Made by a program: the position numbers and the translations under genes. The notes below the pieces were generated by a model. It worked only from the letters and a program-made list of their open reading frames with translations, searched no databases and was not told the origin of the DNA. A stretch of DNA of 64,000 bases from Blepharisma stoltei ATCC 30299 (Eukaryota > Protista > Ciliophora), in contig CBFDEM010000012.1 of assembly GCA_965603825.1 (NCBI GenBank), positions 62,001 through 126,000 on the forward strand. Direction: 5' to 3'. Positions 22,619-33,147 of the stretch are shown piece by piece (within the stretch, counting starts at the first letter, position 1; each line of letters opens with the position of its first letter).

Positions 22619-25504
22619 ATGGCTAATAATTCTCAAATGATGGATAATCTTTCCCTTAGCGGAGCACAGGTAGATGAACTGGAAAAGGAACTTGAAGAAA
22701 ATCCTTTTAATATCCGAGCCCTTAGTGAATTGGCTCAACATTTCGCAAGTCAAGGGGACTATGCATCAGCATGTCAGCACTACGAAAAAATAGTTAGAGT
22801 AGATGAAGAGAACGGTAAGGCCTGGACTGCCTTAGGACACTGTTATCTTCTAAAAGGCGAATATCAGAAATGTTTTACCGCTTATCAGAAAGCTCTTTAT
22901 ACTATGGAAGATAACCGAGATCCCCAGCTGTGGTATGGCATCGGGCTCCTCTATAATAAATTCGAAAGTTATGAATACGCAGAGCCTGCTTACCAAGCAG
23001 TTTTAAGGATTGACCCTAATTTTGAGCAAAAGCATGAAGTCTTATACAAATTAGGGCTCATCTATAAGAAGACAAAATCTTTTGATAACTCCATCACTTA
23101 TCTCAGAAATGCAATGGCATGTGAAAATGTCCCGATTTCAAGAAAAGTTGATGCATTGTGCCATATAGGCAACTGCTATGAAAAACAAGAGAAAATGGAC
23201 GAAGCGATCAGTATTTATCGAGAAGCCCTGACCTTAGATGAAAGCAATTTTAAAACTATGGAATATCTAGGATGGGCCTTAATGAACCACTCGGCCCATG
23301 AGCAAGCTTTAGAAATTCTCAACCGAGCCTTAGAGTTCGTTAAGGAAAATTGCGCAGAGGCTGGTGACATCCATTACCTTGTCGGGAGATGCTACTTGGA
23401 CTTAAAAAATTACCCAGAAGGCCAGTCAGCATTTCAAAAAGCCATTTATAAAAACCCAAATGCGTACATATATTGGTGCAGCATCGGCATTTTATATGCC
23501 TTAGCAACCCAACCTCAAGACGCCTTTGAGTGCTTCGTAAAAGCCTCCAACATTTCTCCAGAATGTGGAGATGTCTGGTTTAATATGGCTGTTCTATACG
23601 AGCACTGCAAGCAAAAACAAGAAGCAAGTCTTGCCTATCAGCGTGCCTTCAGCTTAGACAGTTCCAATAAAAAAGCTATTGATAGAAAAACCAAACTTCA
23701 AGCTGGCGATGAAACTTCGCCGATCCCTGATTTTATTCACCCTATTTTTGAAGTAAGTGACGTCCCATTCTCAATCAAAAAGAACGACAAAGCCTTAAAA
23801 CCATTAAAAACGCTTCCTGACATTAAAAATTTCAGAAGAGATGGAGAAATAGAAGAAGAGAGGTCTGAAGGTCCTCAACAGGAAGAAGAAGAAGAAGAAG
23901 TAGACTTAGAAGCAGAAGAAGCAGAGGAGCCTTCAGAAGAAAAAAAAGTTAAAAAAGAAAAGATAGAAGAAGAAAATGTAGAAGAAGGAGAGGAAGAAGA
24001 AGAGGAAGAAAGTGAAGAGGAAGAAGACGAAGAGGATGAAGAAGTTTCCATTAAAAGCTATGAAAATTCAGGATCTGAAGCATCGTCAACAGAAAAAAGA
24101 AGAACTGAAGGGCCAAGGACAAGAAGAAGAGACTCTATGCAAACTAGAAAAGCGTCGGCGCCACAAGCGGTAAGTCAGCCACCATCTCAGCAGCAAAAGC
24201 CAAAACAGGCTCAGCCACAGCCTCGACCTTCAACCCCCGTGACGAGCTCAGTTACTCAGCCTCAACCTCAACAATCCCCAGCTTCTCAATTTCAGTCAAT
24301 GCCTCAAATGATTTTCCCACAACGACCATCTACAGCTAATCTCCCTCAGCCATCCCCTAAAGTTGCAAATACAAACCTTCCTCAAGCAATTCAAAATAAA
24401 GCTCCACAAGTTCCAACCCCTTCAAAGCCTCAAACAGCGCCAATTTTCCCATCAGGCATGAGTCCATTTGGAGCAATGCCAAATTTCCCAATGCCACCAA
24501 ACATGCCAGGGATGCTAAATCACCCCCAGTCAAATATATCACAACCAGGAATGCCAAATTTCCAGCTTCCACCTAGCATGCCAAACATGCCGAATATGCC
24601 AAACATGCCAAATATGCAAAACATGCCCAACATGCCCAACATGCCCAACATGCCCAACATGCCCAACATGCCCAACATGCCCAACATGCCCAACATGTCC
24701 AGCATGCCTAACATGCCAAGCATGCCAAATATGCAGAATATGCCAAATATGTCTGGGCTTTCTTCACCAATAGCAAATTTACCACCTAATCAATCTTCAA
24801 ATGTCCCTACATCAGGAATGCCAAATATGAGTGCACTTCAAGGAGGAATGCCAAACTTCAATATTCCCAATATGCCTTCAATGCCAAATAACCCAAACCC
24901 TGGAAATATGCCAAATTTCCCTGGACTTTCAGGGATGCTAGGCATGCCTGGTGGACCTAGCATGATGATGCCTGGAATGATGGGGATGCCTGGCCAGCCA
25001 GGAATGATGGGAATGCCTCCTCAGTCAGGTATGATGTCTATGCAAGGAAATTCTCCACAGCCACAACAAGGAAATAATCAGCCAAACCAGCCTAAAGGTC
25101 CAGTTCAAGGATTTAACCCTTATCAGATGGCAGCATTAATGATGAATCCGATGTTGGCAGCTCAAATGATGTATGGGATGGGCCAAGTGCCAGGGATGAA
25201 TCCTATGATGCCACAGATGGGAAATATGCCAATGGGAAACATGCCTGGGTACCCAGGAGCCATGCCAGGAGGTATGCCAGGAAACCCACCTCCAAACATG
25301 AATATGGCAAACTGGATGCAAAACATGAGGATGCTTGCTCAAGCTAGACAACAAATGAACCCTCAAAATCCTGCCAAAAAAGAGCACGACGAAGACCTTG
25401 CAGAAGCTTTAGCAAATTTGAATGAAAAAGGAGAAGATGAAGATGGCGCAAGAAAGCGAAGAGGCGACGACAAAGACTCAGCAAAGAAGAAAAGAAAAAG
25501 ATAA
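22619..25504 (+). CDS. Ssn6/Cyc8-like TPR corepressor with acidic tract and Met/Pro/Asn-rich tail
   Basis: About 10 TPRs including WTALGHCYL, DPQLWYGIGLLY and YWCSIGILY (Cyc8/UTX-type TPRs); basic C-terminal NLS-like end KKKRKR. Confidence 0.88.
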   Translation: MANNSQMMDNLSLSGAQVDELEKELEENPFNIRALSELAQHFASQGDYASACQHYEKIVRVDEENGKAWTALGHCYLLKGEYQKCFTAYQKALYTMEDNRDPQLWYGIGLLYNKFESYEYAEPAYQAVLRIDPNFEQKHEVLYKLGLIYKKTKSFDNSITYLRNAMACENVPISRKVDALCHIGNCYEKQEKMDEAISIYREALTLDESNFKTMEYLGWALMNHSAHEQALEILNRALEFVKENCAEAGDIHYLVGRCYLDLKNYPEGQSAFQKAIYKNPNAYIYWCSIGILYALATQPQDAFECFVKASNISPECGDVWFNMAVLYEHCKQKQEASLAYQRAFSLDSSNKKAIDRKTKLQAGDETSPIPDFIHPIFEVSDVPFSIKKNDKALKPLKTLPDIKNFRRDGEIEEERSEGPQQEEEEEEVDLEAEEAEEPSEEKKVKKEKIEEENVEEGEEEEEEESEEEEDEEDEEVSIKSYENSGSEASSTEKRRTEGPRTRRRDSMQTRKASAPQAVSQPPSQQQKPKQAQPQPRPSTPVTSSVTQPQPQQSPASQFQSMPQMIFPQRPSTANLPQPSPKVANTNLPQAIQNKAPQVPTPSKPQTAPIFPSGMSPFGAMPNFPMPPNMPGMLNHPQSNISQPGMPNFQLPPSMPNMPNMPNMPNMQNMPNMPNMPNMPNMPNMPNMPNMPNMSSMPNMPSMPNMQNMPNMSGLSSPIANLPPNQSSNVPTSGMPNMSALQGGMPNFNIPNMPSMPNNPNPGNMPNFPGLSGMLGMPGGPSMMMPGMMGMPGQPGMMGMPPQSGMMSMQGNSPQPQQGNNQPNQPKGPVQGFNPYQMAALMMNPMLAAQMMYGMGQVPGMNPMMPQMGNMPMGNMPGYPGAMPGGMPGNPPPNMNMANWMQNMRMLAQARQQMNPQNPAKKEHDEDLAEALANLNEKGEDEDGARKRRGDDKDSAKKKRKR
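24623..24694 (+). repeat. Coding minisatellite (ATGCCCAAC)x8 encoding MPN, within a longer degenerate tract
   Basis: Eight perfect 9-bp units. Confidence 0.95.
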
Positions 25505-25547
25505 TTTTAGTGTTATCCTTATAATTATAAAATGATTAGTTAAACAC

Positions 25548-28500
25548 TTATGAAAGATGAAATGCTTCATGTCCTTCCTCAATCGCATATTTCAGGTTTT
25601 TCTGCAAGATTTCTAGCGACGAGTAATCCGGGATTTTCAAATAATTTTGGCAAGTCATAACAGACGGCAAGTACTCATCATCAGAAATCCCTGGCATGCT
25701 TGCTTCTTTTCTGACAACAGTTAGCTTAGGGTTCAGCCCAGAAAAACCTCCTGGAGGTAGCCTTGGAGATCCACTGATAAATTGCATGAAAAGTCGTTTT
25801 TCTTTGAAGGTGAACTGTGACATGAGGTAAAGAAGGTTTTTAAAGGTAGGAGACGTGCTGGTATAGCCATGGTCAGGCTTGATGTTTAGCTTCAGCTCTT
25901 CAATGTCCCATTTCTCGTCCGCTTCTCCACAAATGAGGGTTTCAAACTCACTTCCCATAAAGGTTTTGAGAGTGTCACTAGGAAACAAAGACTCAAGTCC
26001 TATTCGGAATGCTTGAGCTTGGGCGTTCATTAGCAGCGTGTTTTGGGCAGCGAGGCTGATATATTCTTCTAAATTATCTAAAGTTACAAAAATATTTTTA
26101 CCGTTTCTCTTTAAACCAATAAAATCATAGCTTGGAAGTGTAAAATTGAGCGCAAGATCTTCAATAGCAGACCCTCTAAAATTCACTTGTGGAGCCTTTT
26201 TCTGCGAAATTAAGTTATGCTTTTTATTGAGTATTTCTTGCAGCTCCAACAAAAATTTACCTAAATTTTTATCAACTAAAAATACGTCAGCAAGCGTTAT
26301 TGGCTCATTTAGCACCAATTTCCAAAAAATAGGACTCAGCGGGATGTCAATATACCTTTTATCAATAAGCGCTTTTGCGACAAATCTACCTAAAAATGTA
26401 AAATAATCTCTATACCTTTCATCAGAAGCTTTAAGAGGGCATGGAAAAAGTCCTGACTCTTCTCCTTGGTTTCTTCAAATGTTAAGGGCCTTGATTTCTT
26501 TTGCAACTAAACTGTAAAACTCTAAAGTTGGCCCTTGGCCTGTCCCTATTTCATTTTCAAATTCTATTTCTAATATTCCTTGCTTAAGCAGCCTAATATC
26601 ACTCATAATTACCATTGCACTTTGCAGGAGTTTTTCCCTTTGGATTTTTACTTTTTGCTTCTGTTTTTGGACTCGAAATCTTTCCTTGTTTTGGTTCCTG
26701 TCTAAGAAATATTGTAAACTTCTGAACCCGCCAAAGCCAGTGGCTTGAATATATTCAGTTCTTAAGGTATAAGGAAATAAAAAATTGCACTGTTTAGGGA
26801 GTGTCAATATTTGGTTTTTTGAAGTAGTAGAAATTGAGTCTTGTAATTGCCGAGTCAATAATGCTGAAAGTTTTTGGCTTTTAAAAGACTGGGATTGCAC
26901 CTTAGAAAGCTTCAAAGAATCAGAAATTGAAGGAAATAAAAGCGAGGACGTTGATATTATTTGTGGAAACTGCTCATTTAGCTTGAAAATAAGCTTTAAT
27001 AGCCGAAGACATGGGTAGATTTTTTCTGAAGAGTCTATACCAATAAGCTGGCTTTCCTCTAAAATATTATGATAAATTTCTATTGGCGTTTGCAAATAGC
27101 TGCTACCTTTAATTGTCAATGCAGACTTAGAAAACCTAAACTTAATAATTGGCTCATCACTATTATCCTGCCTATTTATGATTTCAAAAACTGTCATACC
27201 TTTAGTGATTTCATTTCCTTTTCAATACAAATTAACTACCAAATTTCCATTGATTTCGCTGGCTTTTCGTTCTCTAGGCATTACAATTTCAGTATTGAAT
27301 TCTTCTAGGTCATTATCAATGTCCATATCAAGAACCATAGGATTTGTGACTGTGCCGAACTGAAGATCTCTTATTTGCCGCCTTAAATTTGAAGGGTTTT
27401 CTCTTCTGAAGTCAATATTGTGGTGAAACGCTTCTTGGAAATAAAGTAAATCTTCTTTTGATCTTACTCTGAGTAAGAGAGATTTTACTGAGTCAAAAGT
27501 GTTGAACTGCTCGATTGCAATGCTAAAGTCATTTGTGGTGGAGAAAAAGTTATGTCTAGTCAAGTATTCAGTCGATAAATCATAAAATGCTACAGGATCT
27601 ATTTCATCAGGACAATACTGAAAATGCAGCCTTACCCTCTGGCTTAGAGATCTAATTCCAGATAAAGTAGTCAAACTATTATCAGGTGGGCTTACTGTAA
27701 ATCCATGCAAAAACTGTACAGCTCCTAATAGCAGTGTAATAAAGCTTGCTATATGGGTTTCATTTTTGCTGCTACTTTCAAAAAATACTCTTAAAAACTC
27801 TTCTAGCCTTTTTAAACAAACACTATTTTTTGCTTCATCTCTCATTTCAGGCAACTCTAATCATTTTCAAATAGCTTCTGGAAGCCCTGAATAGCTAATT
27901 TCAAACTGGCTTATAGCTTCATCACTTTCTATCAGCATAATCAATTTCCTTCAAATTTCAGCAGCACTTTCCCCATCCCCATTCTCCAATTTATTTGCGA
28001 GCTCTTTTAATTGTTTTTGCTTATTAACTGCTCTTTTATTTTCATAATTTTTACTTTTATCTAAAGCTGACTTGCATAAGGAAATGATGTCTTTTTTTTG
28101 GTCATGCGTAATATCCATGCTTTCTGATCTGTATCTTCGTAAGCTTAAGCCTTCTGAAGGGTCTTCGTGGACTGAATAAGATCTTTCTAGCCCATGGGAA
28201 AACCTAAACATCATTAAAGGGTCAGCATATCTTGATTCTTCTCTTGCTCGGTTGACCCTTTCTGTATACAGATTTCTTCAGTCTGCACTGAGTTCTCTGA
28301 GTTTTTCTGCACTTTTTAAATTTTGGACTCGGTCAAGGACACCTTCTCGTATGAAATTTGTGGAGACCTGGTCTGGGATTTTTTCGTAGAGGACGTTGAC
28401 AATTTTGAGGGCGTTTTTGATGGTATAGAGATCACGAGAGGATAAAAGCTCAGCTATAAAGGTCGAGAAGTATTGGGGAGCTACATAAGTTAGCATTAAA

Positions 28501-29912
28501 TCTGGTGGGGACTGCTCTAAAATTTTATCTAAAATCGTGATAACTAAGCTTTTCATTTCTTTGCTAGCAAAATGCTCATAAAGCGATATAATCTGAGGCA
28601 AAATCGTATCTCCAAGAGTCTGCAAATATTGTGGGTGCCTTGCAAAAATTTCAATTTTTTCTTTTTCTATGATATCATCTGAATTCACTTTAGGAATTAT
28701 TGTTTCAGTCAAATGTAAAGCTTCCATGATAGAATTTTCTGATTTTTCATTTTTTTCTTGTCATTTCAATAATGTTTCTTTTAAGCTGCAGCTAATTCCA
28801 AGCGACAGCAGCATCTGAGTTGCTGAAGAAGCGTTTTTACATAAAATATGGAGCAGCTTAAAAGCTTTTGAAACTAAGCCCGGGACATGATTCACTATTT
28901 CATAAAGAGCCTTTATCAAGCCTTGGTCTATCATAATTTGCAAAAAATACCTCAGTTTTTCATAATCAGTACAACACATCCTTATTAAACTTGTCGTCAA
29001 AATTGTAAAAAAATCCAAAGTTTTTTCATTCTGCTGCACAAAATCGGTTCCTCTAAATCCCAACATATTCACCAGACTTTGCAAGCTGGGTGCTACATAT
29101 TGTATAAAATGATCTTGCGAATTCAAAGTTCTCGCCACATTAATCGCAAAAGTCAAAATTTTTTTCTGGATTTCTGCTTCAAAGAAATCAATTGTCCCAA
29201 TCATAAGCCCAAAAGCGCCTTCTTTAATAATCGCTGCGGCATGCTCATAAGACATTTTTTCAAGGGTTTTGATAGCGTGTTCAGCCATATCTATAAATTC
29301 GAAATTCATCAGCTTTGAGCATAAAATTCCAATTCCTCCACTCGCGACAATGAGTCCTGCAATATTCGGGATTGCGTCCAGGATATTCGTAAGTGAGTTC
29401 ATTGCATAAAGCGGGATGTCTTGCAGCGTATCTTTACTTAGGCAAGTAATTAATGCGTTTACTAATTGTTCAACTGGAAGATTTGACAAGAGGTCTTCAT
29501 GTATCATGGCAAGGTCCATAGACAGCTGAGTCAAAGATTGGAGTATCTGTATGTCGTCTGAAGCTTCTAAGCCTGATAATAATGCCTGAAAGCTGGGGTG
29601 AATCGAAGTGTAAAGCGACATCCCATGAGACTGATACATTGGCTGGCTTGGGTGGTCTTCACTGCTATCTTGAGAGTCGGAAAGTTTGGCTTTCTTCGTT
29701 TTGGACTGAGATTTGGGAGGAATCGAATAAGAATGCCTCGTCAGAATGTTTTTCTGACGGGTCCGACGAGAGTAGCGACGTCGTTGAGGAGAAGAGATGT
29801 CGAGAGAGTTAGGACTTTCTTGAGGGGATGATGCCTGATTTGATTGTTGCGGGGACTGGGAAGAATCTGAGTCAGAATTTGAATGAGGGCGTTTGGTTGG
29901 AATCTGTTCCAT
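25548..29912 (-). CDS. HECT E3 ubiquitin ligase, UFD4/TRIP12/UPL3 type (~1454 aa)
   Basis: Six ORF pieces lie in one frame through 7 TGA. ARM-like N-region, EFENEIGTGQGPTLEFY, LPSVMTCQNYLKIPDY, FHLS-stop. Confidence 0.93.
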
Positions 29913-31220
29913 TTTGAATGAGCTGCTATTTAGTCAATTACTAGTATGCACTATAATTTCTTATATATTATGACATTTTTGCAATTAAATTGAAGAAGTT
30001 TGGGCTTGGGATATTTAAGGCTGGAAAGTGGATTTTATAAGGATAAAGAGGATAAGGCATATTTAAATTCGACATTTTTTAAATTTAAGAAGAGGGCTCG
30101 TTGGAATTATTTTTATTTTAATTAAATAGAGAGGACGACAAAACAAGAAAAATTATGTTTCCTTGAATAATTATCTTAAGAAAGGTGATTTATTATAATT
30201 ATCTATAAATTAGTGTAGTTTCGGCAAATAAATAAGGGATTTAAAATAATTAAAAAATTTCATAAGGAGCTATATAATTTTTATTTAAAATATAAATTTC
30301 ATGTGCTAAATATGGGAATTTTAGATATTGACTTAATAGATCTTTATGTCCCAGAAATGATTTTTGATTGAGGAATTCCTGCTACTTATGCTATTTAAGG
30401 TAAATGTGTAAGTTTTCCACTTGAAAGTACAAATTTGAAAAAACTGGAAGGAATCTCGGCTACATTAAAACCCAAAATCGTTGTGGAGGTATAACAAATT
30501 TCATTAATTTTAAAAATGTTTAATTATCTGCATAATCTTAAACTGCATTTATCATATATAGCATGATTTTTAATTTTCATTGTATCACAATTCTATAGAT
30601 AAGATTAAATTTTTTGCATATTAAGTAAAAATATCCTTTATAAATTTTATTTTCTTGGAGTATTGATAATAATTTCTTATATGAATCCTATTCTCTAATA
30701 TAATTTATGTAAATTATTTTTCTATATCCTGAAAGATCATATCTTATAAAATTAGTGAAATTTGTTGTTCTAGTCACCATTTATCTGCTTATAAAACCTT
30801 GTTAATACATATTAAATAAATTCATAAAAAGTACGATAAAGCATAGTCATGCCTTTTGCAAGTTTATTGCTGATAGGCAGGTGGAGTTTAAGCCCCTTTA
30901 AATATTATCTTATATTTAAGCATAATATACTTTTCTTCAGTGCCCAAAGACACACTGCATTAATTTGGCATTATAAGTTTTGTAGCATTATTAATTTTGA
31001 GCGCTTTAGTTACTATAAGGCTAGAATAATTAAGCTCCTATATCATCTACTGAATTTATAATCGCTCTAAAAATAATGCAGATTCATTTATTTTTCTTTG
31101 CAAACAATTTCTTTTGCCTTGCCATCAGCTTAGTAAAAATCTATTTTTCTTTATTATTTTAATATGATATTCTTTATTATTTAGTGATTTCTCAAGGTGT
31201 ATTGAGTTCGAAATAGGGTC

Positions 31221-31303
31221 TATATATTATTATTACAGGAAAAATCGAATTAAGTCTTAAACTAGTAATTAAACTTAATAGTTAAAAACAGGAGGAAGCT
31301 TTA
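31221..31303 (-). pseudogene. Degenerate copy of the glucosidase II 3' end and 3'UTR (source 33111-33203)
   Basis: cttaaactagtaattaaacttaatagt...aaaaacaggaggaagcttta versus cttaaactagtaattaagcttaatagt...aaaaactggaggaagcttta, with a 14-nt deletion. Confidence 0.8.
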
Positions 31304-31403
31304 TTCATCAAATTTATATTTAACTGAAAATTATAAGAAGAGAGTAAAAAGCCTACGTTTAAAATTTAATTAGCCTGCTTCTTTTAATCACTAAGCTTTT
31401 ATA

Positions 31404-31868
31404 TTAAAGATTAGCTGATGCATTTGAGACTTCGTCTCTAAGCTGGAGGCCAACTTTTTTCAAAAAATCAATATCTGCTCCTGTTTCTCCTATTGGCTCA
31501 TTAGCAAAAACATCACTCTTCTTTAAAGCATCCCAGTCCAAGTCACCTTTTTCAAAAGCTTCAAAGAGGGCAATATCAACTGAATTGTCAGTGTTTTTCT
31601 GAAGGATGCCACCAACATGGACTATTTTCTTGCTTTGGCCAGCTTTGAAGTGAACTTCAATAAGTCCAGGGAGAAGGGTGGTCTGATATGTCATATGTTG
31701 GGCATTCATGACTCCTTTGCCACCATCTAATGTTTCAAAGTAGATTGATTCAATATCAGTAGCGCCGTTGAAGATGCTGGCTGTAGGGGTGTACATTTTG
31801 ACAACCATATAATCGGTTTTGACGACTTCTGCGAAGAATCTACGAGCTACTCTGGAGAGATGCAACAT
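31404..31868 (-). CDS. ATP16: Mitochondrial ATP synthase F1 delta subunit
   Basis: Presequence [12 protein letters not shown]; YTP..IF; GVMNAQH...LLPGLIEV; VGG; EAF pattern of the F1 delta/bacterial epsilon fold. Confidence 0.75.
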
Positions 31869-33147
31869 TTATTTAATAAAAATATGATATCCTCCAGCCA
31901 CTAAAATACTCTTTGGAGGTAGCATATATTCTATCAAAATCAAAGCCGAGCTAATCTAAGTAATCATCAAGAGAAAAGCACAAATCATAGAATAATAAAG
32001 AGAATAAAACATATTCACTTTTGAGGCACATCAATAGAAGAATTGCTAACTTTTGATATGTCTTTCGAGGAAGATAAATATTATCAAATGTTAAATTCTA
32101 GAGGAAATCTATAAAGAACGCTTATAATTTTTGAATTAAAAATAATACAGCTAAGAACCTAAAACAAGAATTCTATCTTGCCTGATATATTAAAATTTTA
32201 CAATTTTACTTAAAATAGAAGTATAAGCAATTAATAAGGGTTAAAGCGAACTTTTTTTGTTGTGTCCTTATTTCTTATAATAACTCTGATTCTTTAATTT
32301 TGCTTCTATTTTTTAATTTTACTTGCTTTTCCTCTCTGACTTTCTTACCATAACCTTTAGTTGTTTTGGGTCGAAAACGATTATAATGAGCTCTAAAATA
32401 TAATATTATATTTATTGAATCATTTGGATCAATATTATAATCTTCTAGTGTAGCGTTATAATTTTTATAAGTATATTCTTGTCGCACTGCATGTAAATGT
32501 TGTATCATCGATTTCGTATATACTTATCAAATATCGAGATGTGCAAAAGCAATACTATTCATTGAAAGACCATAATCATAATTTGTGGCTTTAAATCAAA
32601 ATTTTTGAGTTTTTAAATCTGCCACATAAGCTATGATAGTTAATCGAACATAACGATCTGGGATAATCGTCAAGCGTGAATCTATTTTCTATCTATTTTA
32701 GCAGTTATAGTGCTTGGTCGACTATATTTGTGTGTTTGATTTATATAGGCAAATTCATTGACTGCTCCTGAGTTTCTACCTCCTATTTTTGTAATATTCT
32801 TCGAAATATTGGGTTACTTCATGTTTGTTGGGCTCATCATCCAAATAATGGTATGTATCACTCCCGATAATAGCAAAGATAAAACAAGCTCTTATATTAT
32901 CAGTTGAGTTCTGCAAATATTCTATGAGATGAGGCAGGCTTATTTTATTTTCTTTTGCAAGCCATGTAATATTGCGACTTCCATATTCCTTTATTCCTCC
33001 ATCTGTATACTGAAAATCTATTTTTTATTTTTGATTTAAAACAATTAAATTTATTATTTGACTTTCTACAATGATTCTAATGATGAAAATGACTTCAACA
33101 ATTGGATTCATATATATTATTACAGAAAAATCTAAATAAGCCTTAAA

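Noticed and set aside
24520-24723. Antisense (MLG)n ORF and other short antisense ORFs in the track
   Set aside because: Shadows of real coding strands or repeats.
25548-29912. Fragmented ORFs (HECT, ABCC, AKR copy 2, BI-1 copy B) as pseudogenes or selenoproteins
   Set aside because: All breaks are in-frame TGA at Trp positions, with no frameshifts.
30312-30494. Short + strand coding-like fragment (MGILDIDL...GIPATYAI*GKCV...), vaguely thioredoxin-like
   Set aside because: Internal TAA, no CxxC, and too short to support a call.
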